Positions 39,385 through 52,439 of a stretch of DNA of 64,000 bases are shown piece by piece. Positions within the stretch are counted from its first letter, which is position 1; each line of letters starts with the position of its first letter. A model generated the notes under the pieces. It was given only the letters and a program-made list of their open reading frames with translations. It did no database searches and was not told the origin of the DNA. Where the stretch lies: positions 41,726,001 through 41,790,000 of the forward strand of contig NC_043003.1 in NCBI RefSeq assembly GCF_006345805.1. Reading direction: 5' to 3'. Source of the DNA: Octopus sinensis. Its lineage: Eukaryota. A program made the position numbers and the translations under genes.

Positions 39385-40286
39385 GAGTGTGTGTGTGTGC
39401 GCTGTTTTTTTTAAAGATCCAATAGAAATGTCATATAAATATATATTACTTAAAGTAGTATATTAGAAACTAACCGTACAAGTGTATACACATACACACA
39501 AACACTTATTTTAAAATATACATTCATATATTTATGTGTGTGTGTATGTAAGCATACAAACGCACATACATATACATATATATATATATAGATAATTGCA
39601 TACATACATACATACATACATACATACATGCATACATACATACATACATATACATTCATACGTACATATATACATATATTCATAAATACATCTATACGTA
39701 ACCAGCTTTTAGACGGTCACAAAGAATAACGCATTATACATGGCGGACAAAAGGGCAAAATAGCAAACATAATTTTAAAATAAAACAAATTGCATTTACT
39801 AATCGCAGTATCAGCACAAAATGGCGGATATTCACTTAAACATTCATATCGAATAGTAATGTCATATCAGATGATATTTGTATGATATTGATATGATATA
39901 ATTTTGCGTTTAGTCTCAGTGGAATTCAACATCTAAACGATAGTTTCTTTTTACCCGTTTCGAATATCATTGGTATACTAGATATCGAATTACATAATGA
40001 CCCATGCACGTACGTATACTCGTAACACAAGAAACATGCAAACGTATTGCTCTCTGATATATACGTATGGCTTTATGTATATAAACATGTATGCATACAG
40101 GTGTACTTAGATCTGATTATGCATATATATGTGTGTGCGTGTGTTTGTGTGCGTGTCTCTGCGTGTGTGTTTGTTTGCGGTATGTATATATTCATATACC
40201 AACGCATATATATAAAAATATAAAATACATATATATATGTATATATATATGTATTTATGTATATATATATATATATATGTATGTAT

Positions 40287-40337
<51 letters not shown>

Positions 40338-40668
40338 GCATGTGTGTGTAGACAGATATATATATAAATAGCTAGATAGATAGACAAACAGAAATATAGA
40401 TAGATAGATATGATGGACCTCTTACAATCTACTTAAAATATATTTCAGGCTTTTAGTTGGAACAATTTCTAAGACTTCAATGAAACGACAATGCAGGAAC
40501 GTTTTTAATGCACATTTTATATGAAATATAGAAAACAAAAAAATGAATATGAGACAAAATACATCAATAAATTAAGAAACAGATAAATGCTAAAAACATA
40601 ATGACAGTTGTATTTTGCACGCATATGCACGCACTAACATATATGTCTTTATATATATATATCTATAT

Positions 40669-40700
<32 letters not shown>

Positions 40701-41450
40701 GGTGAGAACAACCTAAATCACTTAAAAAGATTCTCACAAAGGCAAAATTGTTTTCTGAAATTACGGATGCAAAAGTAAAAAAAATGTGGTAGACCAAACT
40801 GCGCAACATGCCCAAATCTTCTAGAAGGATCAGAATTCCTCTTCAAAGCGGGACAAATATTCAAGATCAAATCTAATTTTACCTGTGCCTCTGAAAACAT
40901 AATTTATGTCATAAGATGCTCGGGCTGCCACGAAAACTACGTGGGGTCCACGGGACTATCACTCAGACGTAGATGCACACTGCATCGACAACAGATTGCA
41001 TTCCCAGAATACAGAATGATACCCTTTAGTGAGCACATTGAGAAATGCGCAAAGCAACTACTACCAAAATTTTTAATCTTTCCATTTTACCAATGTGCTA
41101 TCGGAACACCAACACAAATTAGACTAAACAAGGAAACATTCTTCATTGAAAAATAGAAGCCCAAACTTAACCATTCCAACATACTTATACAGAGAAATTC
41201 ACTCCAAAAGAAAGGCAAGAAATAATAAGCGATTATCTCCCTTTCACCGGAAGAAATCACTTATTACCTCCCCTTACCTGGAACTCATCTTTACACTTCA
41301 TAACGAAGACATAACACGATGTTCTGAGAAATTTGAAAAGTTAACACGAAACCGGTAATTTCTTCAAAAACTATGTCACTGTATGAAAAAAAAATTATAA
41401 CATTCTTCTGACATAAGCCTTCTGTAGTTTTTTCACTTTTTACTATTTTC
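40701..41450 (+). mobile_element. Penelope-like element (Neptune type) 3' fragment: Cys linker plus GIY-YIG endonuclease
   Basis: KCGRPNCATC, NFTCASENIIYVIRCSGCHENYVGSTG..LRRR..LH, and RLNKETFFI..KPKLN. One frameshift in an A-run near 40780. (TA)n on both sides. Confidence 0.88.
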
Positions 41451-41640
41451 TATATATATATATATATATATATATACTCTTTTACTTGTTTCAGTCATTG
41501 ACTGCGGCCATGCTGGAGCAATATATATATATATATATATATATATTATTATATATATAATATATATATATATTATATATATATATATATATAATATATA
41601 TTATATATATATTCGTATGTATATATTTCCATACGTACGA

Positions 41641-42090
41641 TATGGTATAATTAAAAACAGGGCAAAGGTTTAGTCAATTCTCTGCAGACTGAAAAAAAAT
41701 GAAGATCCTTAAAAGATTTTCGAAACTTACTGAGTTCTCATTAGACATGTCCACATCCTTTTAACTGTCTCTACATAATCAAACAGCCAAACTGTTCATA
41801 TACTCAGCGAATGCAACAGTTACTCTGTGAAGGAATCCCTAATTTGCATACCGAAAGTGTTGAACACTCTATAAATACACGCGGCCTGTCAACAGCAATT
41901 TCAGTCCACATAGCATCAAGGTATGAAATAATAAATATGTAACGTATGGTATAACTATAAATGGAGCAAGTTTTTAGCAATTTGTGCGCGGACTGAAACA
42001 AAATGAACATCCTTAATCGGTTTTCTAACCTTATTGGGTTCTCATCAGATGCCTCCGCATCATTCTAGCAGTCTCCAGAGAAGCAATATA
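41641..42090 (-). repeat. about 1.5 head-to-tail 304-bp units carrying HHR motifs
   Basis: tatggtataa at 41641 and 41945. HHR-type cores at 41718-41744 (CTAATGA) and 42022-42048 (CTGATGA). Confidence 0.65.
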
Positions 42091-42370
42091 TATATATATC
42101 AAAGGCAAACAAAAATGCATTTTTGTTTATCTTACTAACTGACCAGATGCCGGAGCAGATTTCCACCGCTTCATCCGAAACTCTGAGTCTTATATTGGCA
42201 ACTGACTAATTATCACATATATTATCGATAAATTCTTCTATTTCCATAATATCGGTCTCATTCATTCTTTTGTTGTCATATTATTTTATTATTAATAATA
42301 TATATATATATTATTATTATTATTATTAATAATATATATATTATATATATATATATATTTTATTATTATT

Positions 42371-42437
<67 letters not shown>

Positions 42438-42532
42438 TTTGTTAAGCAGCGTCAATTTTTACAATTCTGTAAATAATAATAATGGGGCAATGAAATACAA
42501 TTATTATTATTTACAGAATATATATTTATACC

Positions 42533-42764
42533 AATTTCTTTACTACCCACAAGGGGCTAAACACAGAGGGGACAAACAAGGACAGACATAGGTATTAAGT
42601 CGATTACATCGACCCCAGTGCGTAATTGGTACTTAATTTATCGACCCCGAAAGGATGAAAGGCAAAGTCGACCTCGGCGGAATTTGAACTCAGAACGTAA
42701 TGGCAGGCGAAATACGGCTATGCATTTCGCCCGGCGTGCTAACGTTTCTGCCAGCTCGCCGCCT
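42533..42764 (-). mobile_element. tRNA-derived SINE, young near full-length copy
   Basis: cgaccccgaaaggatgaaaggcaaagtcgacctcggcggaatttgaactcagaacgta...gctaacgtttctgccagctcgccgcct. Confidence 0.92.
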
Positions 42765-43504
42765 ATATATATATATATACCACATACACACACACATGCG
42801 TATATGCATACTTAATACATACATATATGCGTGTGTGTGTGTGTGTGTTTGTGTGCGTGTGTGTGTGTATGTATTCGTGCATCTGAGTAGTTCTATTTGC
42901 GTGTTATATACGTGAATAAAATGCTAATTTGAAAAGTAATATACGTATGTTATTTTGATTTTAAATAAGATAATTCATTTCTTCAAATTATCATCCGGAG
43001 TTTCTTCAACGAATATTATACGAAAAATCTCTTCTCATGTAAAAGCAATGCCGAATCAATTCTTTCGACATTGCTTCCATATACCTCTCTAGTCCTCCAA
43101 CACATAGACATCATTTGTATGATACTTGCGTGCATCCGTTTTGACTGGGACTGCGAATTTCTATTGGGTTTCATAGGCATATTCCTCTTTGAGTGCAGTA
43201 CAAAGCCAACCGCCGAATAATGTATGACCTTATATCTTGTTATATTAGAATATTTCTCTGACATGGCTCGTGTTTTTTTCCTTGCGTATGGTTTTCGGTT
43301 TCCGTGTATAATGCAATTCCGTGCAATAAGCATAGAGTCACTGAATATATTATTTTCTCTACCACTATTTAGTTTTTATCAGACTGATTATCGATCTAAA
43401 CAATGTAAATAGATACGCGCACCCACACTAATTACATGCATATAGAGATATGTGTATGTATGCACATTCATAGGTGCATATAAACATGTAACACAAATGT
43501 GTGC

Positions 43505-43589
<85 letters not shown>

Positions 43590-43846
43590 AGTGACAGGGA
43601 GAGAGAGATTCAAGCTCATCACATGAAGCGAAACTAGACTAGTACGGTGTTCACTTTCGCTGCGCGGTGGTTTGTTTCCCTTGTCTGTCATAGACATGTG
43701 CTTCTTTGCAGCTCTAAGTGATTTTATCTCTTATTTCTAGCTATGTAGGAGCTACCCTAATCTGTTTCTAGCAACGTAGATGCTACCCTACAGCGTCAGT
43801 CACAATTAATAACAATTGAATTTTCCCTTTGCGGCTTTATGTTGCG

Positions 43847-44000
43847 TGTAGCCACCTGGCTGTGTGGTTAGTAGCGTGGTTACCAACCACAAGGTTCCGG
43901 GTTTAGTCATACTACGTGGCACCTTGGGTAAGTGTCTTATACTATAGCCGACCGAAGCCTTATGAGTGGATTTGGTAGACGGAAAGCGAATACGCCCTTC
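43847..44000 (+). mobile_element. second-family SINE 5' part
   Basis: ggctgtgtggttagtag...ccaaccacaaggttccgggttt...gcaccttgggtaagtgtctt. Confidence 0.8.
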
Positions 44001-44013
44001 TTATATATATATA

Positions 44014-44132
<119 letters not shown>

Positions 44133-44218
44133 TTATTATAATAGGTGGCGTTTGGTGTAATATATGTTAAGAGTGACTTGCTGTACTTCACGTGAGACGT
44201 GTGTGTACTTTATTTAAT

Positions 44219-44249
<31 letters not shown>

Positions 44250-44643
44250 TATACGTTTATACATTCGTTTTGCAAAATTAACTTAAATTAGATGCTAAAA
44301 AAGAATGAAAAGAAAAATAATAAGTAGATACAAATAAACGAACGAATAAAATAAATAAAAGCAAATTAAACGAACATGTATAAACAAGGGATACTCACAA
44401 TAAAGGCATATTACCCCACACACATACATTTACTAAAGATAGGCACTCACAGGGATATACGCATGCGCAAATAAAGTCACAATAGAAATACAAAATGTCT
44501 GATATTAGTAAATAAGGACACACAAAAAAAAAACAGAAAGAAGAAAGCAAAGGAACACTGATGAGATCACAGAAGTGTGACGAAAAACTCTGGCCGAGAT
44601 GCGATCAATATAAAATAAGGCTGAAGCAAGTGAACACCATATA

Positions 44644-44816
44644 TTTTGTCTCTTTCTCGCACTCTCTTCCACCTCTCTCACACATCTTCCGCTCTCTCTT
44701 TCTCTCTCCCTATTTCTACACACAGTTATACCATTCGTTAGCGCGGTAACATTTACCCCTTTTCAAAAGTCATAAATAATTTTTTGAATGATGCTATCAC
44801 AGTAACCAGTGAACTT
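44644..44816 (+). repeat. roughly 170-bp direct repeat, copy 1 (copy 2 at 46877-47044)
   Basis: Near-identical blocks from tttgtctctttctcgcactctc to accagtgaact. Confidence 0.9.
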
Positions 44817-44846
44817 GCTAAACTGGCAATATGACCATCCTCAAAT

Positions 44847-44921
<75 letters not shown>

Positions 44922-44928
<7 letters not shown>

Positions 44929-45100
44929 GTCCGGGAGAGTCATTGTCTTTTAGTGCCTTATTATTCAATAGTCGTTTGGAAAGTTTGCAAGACGCAAAGA
45001 ATACTTTAGAAAATAAGTAAGTAAAAGAGTCGAAACGTTACCGGTGACTGTATTAAGTAATAAGCCATTAAAAGTGAATGACTCTGCCCAGACATAACAA
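44922..45100. mobile_element. foldback element in (TA)n with HHR 3' half
   Basis: Arms tgtccgggagagtcatt..aatagtc and gactgtatt..aatgactctgcccagaca. Internal gagtc-GAAA-cgtt at 45027-45039. Confidence 0.6.
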
Positions 45101-45167
45101 AATATTCTTCAACATCCGAACTCACATAAAGAATGTTGGAAACCAAATATCAAAACGACGTGTATAC

Positions 45168-45203
<36 letters not shown>

Positions 45204-45269
45204 ATATATATATATATATAATATATATATATATATTATGTGTACATATATATATTATGTGTACATATA

Positions 45270-45400
45270 TTTTTTCTTTCTGTAAAAGAGCGTACGCTCG
45301 AAACGTAAAAAACTTTTTTCTATTCCTGAGCGTTATACTAATCGTTCTGTTTGTTTTGTACAACACCTGTCTCCGTCTTTTTTTATCTTAAAGTCTCCCT
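45270..45400 (+). mobile_element. PLE-type terminal fragment with degenerate HHR
   Basis: CTGTAAA-A-GAGC gtac GCTC-GAA-ACGT-A at 45280-45307. Same family as 57868-58020. Confidence 0.6.
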
Positions 45401-45409
45401 ATATATATA

Positions 45410-45666
45410 ACTAATGTAGGATAAAATTTTTTTGGGGAAAAAAATTTTATCAATGGCCAGCAAATCAAAAAATACCTTTAAAGGTTAAGTTTATAAATAA
45501 TTTACAAGATAAGGGCAAAAGAAACATTCTAATGCCAAATATGCCAAAAAAAGACAAAATTGTCAATAACCATTATAATTTAATTATAAATTATAATGGT
45601 TATCGACAATTTTTGTCTTTTTTCGGCATATTTGGCATTAGAATTTTTCTTTTGCCCTTATCCTGT

Positions 45667-45671
<5 letters not shown>
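45410..45671. mobile_element. foldback element in (TA)n
   Basis: Arms 45499-45582 and 45587-45671 are near-perfect inverted repeats around a 4-nt loop. The leader is shared with 12430. Confidence 0.85.
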
Positions 45672-45715
<44 letters not shown>

Positions 45716-46464
45716 TGCTATAATAATTAGCGTAGTGTTTTTATATATGTTATGTGTTTGTCCAAAATCAAGCAGGAGAGAGTAGAAAAGAGTATAAATG
45801 AAGTGAGAGGAGAGAAAATAATGATTCGGTGAAGGAGAAGTAGTGAGAGTAATTGTCATGACTGAGAGGGAGTGGGAGAAAGTAAGACCAATGAGAGAGA
45901 GGAAGTGGCAAAAAGAGCGTCGGGTATCTTCTATTATAATAATGCTCTTGTGATTTTCTTCGTCACATAATATGAATGAGAAAGGAAGGGATGATATGTG
46001 AATAAGGAAGCTGTGTGAATATGTGTATGTAAAATGGAGGTATGTGAAGGTTTGTATATGTAACAAACGATGATCGATGTCACATCGTAAAAGACAACCA
46101 CTAGATAACATTCGCAAGTGTATTAGTTTGATTTACCATCCATACTTTATCTGTCGTGTTACAAATAATTATTGCAATCACATAATCTACACAAACATAT
46201 ACATATACAACCTCATTAGAGAAATTAATTATTGCCTGAGTGTATCAAGAATATAAAATGACTGCAGTTGAAAAGAATATGATAAATACACACTTAGCAG
46301 TTCATACATGTGCTTAATTTATTTATATTAAGAAATTTATGTAATATAATTTAAATAGGGTTTTTTTTTTACAACAACAACTATAAGTCATTGATTGCTT
46401 TTTGCGGCTTGGAGTCGGGTGAGTTTAGGTTGGTTTCAATAATGGAGAGCGCAACTGAAAAGAA

Positions 46465-46740
46465 AGGACTCTTCGAAAACGATGGTATTTATTTGCTAGC
46501 ACCTGTATTTAGTCACTGCCAGCTTTATGTGGCCTTAAGCCGTACAAGAAAGAAGGAAAACTTAAAAATACTTTGGAAGGAATAAAGCAGTCATGGGATG
46601 TTAATTGCAGATAGATTTTTCACAAAAAAATATAACAATTGGTTATAAAAAAAATTATCAAACTAAAAACTAGTTTTTAAACTTATTTATATATAAATAC
46701 TACAATAAGCCTTAATTTTTGACGGCACGGGGTCAGCTAG
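46465..46740 (+). mobile_element. Helitron 3' end with helicase C-terminal remnant
   Basis: GIYLLAPVFSHCQLYVALSR (cf. the RepHel FSHGQLYVALSR motif). Ends with a small hairpin gacggcacggggtc, then CTAG|T at 46737-46741. Confidence 0.82.
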
Positions 46741-46754
46741 TAATATAATATATA

Positions 46755-46819
<65 letters not shown>

Positions 46820-46876
46820 TATATATATAGTGTATTTTGTATTCCAGGAAGTGCTCATTTGCCCTAAACTGTTGTT

Positions 46877-47044
46877 ATTTGTCTCTTTCTCGCACTCTCT
46901 TCCATCTCTCTCACAGATCTTCCGCGCTCTCTCTCTCCCTATTTCTACACACAGTTATAGCATTTGTTAGCGCGGTAACATTTACCCCTTTTCAAAAGTC
47001 ATAAATAATTTTTTGAATGATGCTATCACAATAACCAGTGAACT
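46877..47044 (+). repeat. roughly 170-bp direct repeat, copy 2
   Basis: Near-identical to 44644-44816. Confidence 0.9.
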
Positions 47045-47544
47045 AAATCTCTAACCTGCATGCTAACCCCAATTGAAGCAATTTCATTTAATACACTATA
47101 CTACAGCAATTTAGTATCGTATTAAACGTCACAGCATTTTATGCATCCCACAGCTAGAAACATAGGGCATTCTGCCAATATAAGTAATGAATGCCATAAA
47201 ACAATAGACAGCATATTTCCTTGGTAATAGTTTGATCTTTGAAGCCATTCATGAAAATGCTAATATTATTGCATTTGATGAGGAATGCGCGGCAAATTAA
47301 TTAGTTAAAAGAAACTTAAGACAGCTTATATAAATATTTGAAATGGAATGAATTACATGTTTTCTTTTGGGAAATAACTTACCATCATTTTCAGCACTCA
47401 TTTGATTGCTAACAACAATTTTGCTGCTGCAGTGGAGGAGGTCTTCAATTTGAGATCTTTATAAATGTTTTCTTGTAGTCTTAGCAATAATCCCGATTAT
47501 GCATAATTAATTTACTGAAGATATGTTATACACATTTTTATATC

Positions 47545-47579
<35 letters not shown>

Positions 47580-47580
47580 C

Positions 47581-47621
<41 letters not shown>

Positions 47622-47632
47622 ATATCTATCTA

Positions 47633-47677
<45 letters not shown>

Positions 47678-48001
47678 TCAACACATGTTTATTTTAGACT
47701 AAATCTACTTGTTTCGCCTATATGTTTCACGTCTGACAAATTCGTGCAATCAATATAATACATTAAACTATATATGCATTAAACTATTTAGTATTATATA
47801 CGAAATCAATTATATTACGCATACAATAAATCCGTTGGCAATATTATCCACTGACATGCAATTAGAACCTTAAAATTGGAGAATAAGAGATATTCAGGAA
47901 GATCTCTTTGGATAATTTAAACATTTGAACATAAAATTTCCAATGATAGTAATTATCTTTATTCTTATTTTCTAGTTAACATCTTACATTTAAACAAGAT
48001 T

Positions 48002-48101
48002 NNNNNNNNNNNNNNNNNNNNNNNNNNNNNNNNNNNNNNNNNNNNNNNNNNNNNNNNNNNNNNNNNNNNNNNNNNNNNNNNNNNNNNNNNNNNNNNNNNN
48101 N
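48002..48101. other. assembly gap (100 N)
   Basis: Direct reading. Confidence 1.
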
Positions 48102-48465
48102 TTTCGTGTATATTTCGTTTCCTTACATAATTCAGAAACCTGATCCTACGAAACAATAGGTAATTGTAGTTTTGTAGAGATTTGTCGTATAAATCAGAGC
48201 AATAACTTCTCCTAACAATTTAACCTCTTTCCAACGATATAATTTCTGTCGTATCGTTCGAAAATTCACGCTGAACCTCTGCAATATACTAACCTACAAC
48301 TAATATTTCCTGCATGATTAGAACTATGATTTGTCACAGACCATTCATGCTTGTACAACTTTATACATTTCCTGTGCAAAATCATTGTTTTTACAATTCT
48401 TTTCAAATAAACACATCACTCTGCACAAGCACATATATCATTCAAAGATCAACACATTCTCATAT

Positions 48466-49772
48466 AACTACCGACCGGTTTCCCTTACATCAATAATCAG
48501 CAAGACATTCGAAACCATCCTTAAGAAAAGTATGATGCTCCACCTCCAAAACACAGCCTCTATCTCTGATTCCCAACACGGCTTCATGCCGAAGAGATCA
48601 TGCTTGACCAACTTACTGGTAATGGAAGAATTGGTGACGCGCATCCTCGATGATAGTGATGCTGTTGAAAGCGTTTTATTGGAATTTGCCAAAGCTTTTG
48701 ACTCGGTAAACAACCGCCTATTACTTGTCAAGCTTCAAGCATATAGTTTCCATCCGGATATTGTACGATGGGTTGGTGCCTTCCACTCAGATCGCTCCTT
48801 CCAAGTCCAAGTTAATGGTTCGCGGTCCGACGTCTCCATTGCGAGCAGTGGCGTGCCTCAAGGTTCAGTGCTTGGGCCCTTATTGTTCTTAGTCTTCATA
48901 AATGACTTGCCCGACGACCTCACGCAACACACTTTTCTATTTGCCGACGATGTCAAACTGGTCGCTCCTCGCGGTGATATAGAGGATCTTCGTCGATGCC
49001 TCCACCAAATTTGGAGATGGTCTAACGAATGGGACCTGTGTCTGAACGTGTCAAAATGCTGTCATCTGCCTGTTGGCTCTCCTCCTGCAACTCAACTTGA
49101 TTTCGAGCCGGGTCGTCTGCTGCTGGAGAGGACCGAGCAGGTAAAGGACCTAGGTATCTTGGTGGATTCCTCCTTTTCGCCTTCGGCCCAGTGCGTCCAT
49201 GCTGCCAACAAAGCACGCGGAATTCTGTTCTTGATTCGACGGTCATTCCTAACAGCAGCCATATTCCTACCGCTCTACGTCACGCTGGTGAGACCCATAT
49301 TGGAGTACGGGATTCAAGTCTCTTCTCCATATCTCCTCAAAGACAGACGGCATCTCGAAAAGAGTCCAGAAGCTGGCTACCCGCATGGTTCTTGGTCTCA
49401 AGAATGTGTCTTATGAAGAAAGGCTGAAGACGCTCGACCTTTATTCTCTAGAAAAACGACGACGCCGTGGAGATCTCATTCTTGCCCACAACATCATAAG
49501 CGGAAAGTGTAACCTCTCGAAAGAGCTGTTCTGCGACGATTTCATCTCAATCGAAGGAGAGGGGCTTTCTCCATCCGGGTTGCGGATCCGTGGAATAAGC
49601 TGCCAGACGAGATGGTGAAGATGCCGACGACCGCTCGGTTCAAGGTCTCCCTTGACCTCAAGTGGCCTGAACTCTTTACATGAATACCACCCTGTACATA
49701 ACTCCATGTCCCCCTACATGGCCTTGCTTTTTGCTTTTTGAGCCAAAAAATTAACTAACAAACTAACTAACT
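48466..49772 (+). mobile_element. CR1-clade LINE, 5'-truncated RT fragment
   Basis: NYRPVSLTS, QHGFMPKRSCLTNLL, FAKAFDSV, GVPQGSVLGPLLFLVFINDL, FADDVKL, KDLG, YVTLVRPILEY and LEKRRRRGDLI. Frameshift near 49365. The tail is a (CTAA)-type short repeat. Confidence 0.93.
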
Positions 49773-50598
49773 ATATATCCTGTAGACAAATTTTACTGTA
49801 ACATAAATGTTCTCATAGTAAAAATTACAACCCACTGTGAAATTCTTAGTAGACGTTAACGTTTGTTATCATAAAGATATCTACACACTCTACCAAACAT
49901 ATTGAGCTCTATATAGAATAAATTTTGACTGCGTCAAACATATTTTCATATAATTTACAACCCTTTCATTTTGTTATATTTATATATGTATGTACATGCA
50001 CTCACACAGAAGGCGCGCAGAAGTACATGTATTGTTTCTCAATCGTTCCTCATATTAATTTTCTTTGCAAGTGAGAAAATTTTCTCTCTTATTAATTAAA
50101 AGGATTACACCATATTCTTTTCTTAATATTTAATCTAATTTCGCTTCAACTGCTATATTCTTAATATTTTTATTCTGACCTGTCTCTACATAAATGTGTC
50201 TCATTAGCAAAAACTAATTAAACACACATATTTCTTACATTTGAAAAGGAGGAAAAGAAACAAGTGGAAATCGATAAATCATTGGAAAACAATATTTGAT
50301 AAAGTTAATATAATTCATCGCTTATTTTAGATCAAGTGGAGAGGAGACGGAATTTAAGCAGACATTCTGATATTTAGATTTTTTAAAACTCTTCCAAATA
50401 TATATTCAGCCAAATTTGTCGATAGTGTACAGTTTCATAGTGCTTCACATCAAAGAAAACATTCTTCCTTGTAGTAAATCTGTGCATACATACATACATA
50501 CATACATACATACATACATACATACATACATACTACATACATACATACTTACATACATATGTGTATATATGTAGGAACATATATATGCTTATATGTAA

Positions 50599-50669
<71 letters not shown>

Positions 50670-52439
50670 AGTATGTATGTATGTATGTATATATGTATGT
50701 ATGTATGTATGCAAAGAGGCAGAGAGAGAAAGAAACAGAATGGTAGAGAGAGAGAGAGAGAGATTAAAAAAGTCGCTTAGTCGCTCTGCACACCACATAG
50801 TCATACAAGTTCTCAATTTTCAACTATGGTCTGATGGGCTTCGAGTTATTTTCACTCTGATGTAAGTGAATAATTTTGCTTGTTTCAGTTGATTTCTACT
50901 ATATATTAAAGTTTCCAAATTGTTATTCATTTTTATGTGTTACATATATTTTAAAAATGTAGTTCTATCTAACAAATTTATTTTTTAGTATTTGAATTTT
51001 TTTTTCTGAACATGCGTATTATGCACATGTGTATGCCTATGTACGTGTAAATATATCTAAGCTTGAAATTGTCTTCTGGTGGTCATGTCCCTTTTTCTTC
51101 TTTGTATATGAACGGACACTTCACTCAACAGAATGAATTATATCTGTATTCTACCAGAGATTTAGGAATGTCATTCTCTTCACACCGACTAGTGACAAAA
51201 TCATCCTAATGGGAGACTTTTCTACGAATGTAATTCGTGACTACAATGCATGATTTATCCAGAGATGATACGACGTATGTAAAATGCATAGTTGTCGTGA
51301 ACGCTAGACAAATAAAATTTTCGAGCTATGTGTTGTTGTCAATAATAAACACTTTTATCAAAATATAAATATAAATTTACCAGGACAAATCCTTGTCCGA
51401 AACACTTTCATCTCATAGAATTTTCGTTGTAATACATAAGAGTGTATTTTAGTCATCTCTGCAACATTAAAGTTTTGGCAGCGCCACATGCTGGACAAGA
51501 TATTACCTACTACAAGTGAAACTGGTGGTTGTTAGGAGTATGTTTGCAACAAATAAAACAGTTCATAATGTTACCAAACTCTTGGACCGGATAAAATCTC
51601 CATATTTTCTATGATTTAAGAACGCCATCGCCTAGACGTCAAGGAAAAATTGTGCCACCTCTAGTAATAACTTGCGTCTCATAAAGGAGAACTGCATTGG
51701 TGAAACTGAGAACAATCTAACCTTTAGGAGAGCAATGAGGAATTGCACCTGAAAGGGAAGCTTGAGCACCAGAAATATTTATTAAGTGCCAGAAATCAGC
51801 TTTATGAATATAGCACTGTTTGGTTTAAGACCGGAACTACATGTACATGCCCACAGATATTCAAATAGTTTGAAAAAGTCACAAAAACATTATGGTCAAA
51901 TTCAAGTTACAAATATATGTTACTGGTTGTCTTAAATTCAAAGATGTATCTAATGTAATAAGTCATACTTAATTTTTTGGAAAGATAAATAGAGCATTTC
52001 ATAAATATTTCATAAATATTCTCATTAGATTGATATTCATAGAAGACATGCAACAACTTGCTTATCAAAAACTGAACAGTTGTCCTAATACTGAGGAAAT
52101 CAAATGTACCATAACATTTATGAAATCAGAGACTCGAAGCTTCAAAGGTATACTATCTGAAGTCATTAAATATGCTGTGGTGTGAGGGGCGCTCTTATGA
52201 CTACAATTAGTACCAACTAATGCAATGGTTTACTAGTTCGACAGGATGAAATACACGTTTTGCTGATTTCTAAACTGGAAGAAAAAGTCCAACTGAAGTA
52301 TTTTTTTTCACTTACTTCCTTACAAAGATACCTAGATGGTGATCTAGGCATCTTTTCTCTGCTTTAAACGCATGAGCAATCATCAAAGCTGGCATAGGTA
52401 TATTCAACTGTGTAACACTAAAGTCTTCTTCAGTTTTTT

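Noticed and set aside
47965-48156. 63-aa ORF with an X run
   Set aside because: It spans the N gap and is an artefact.
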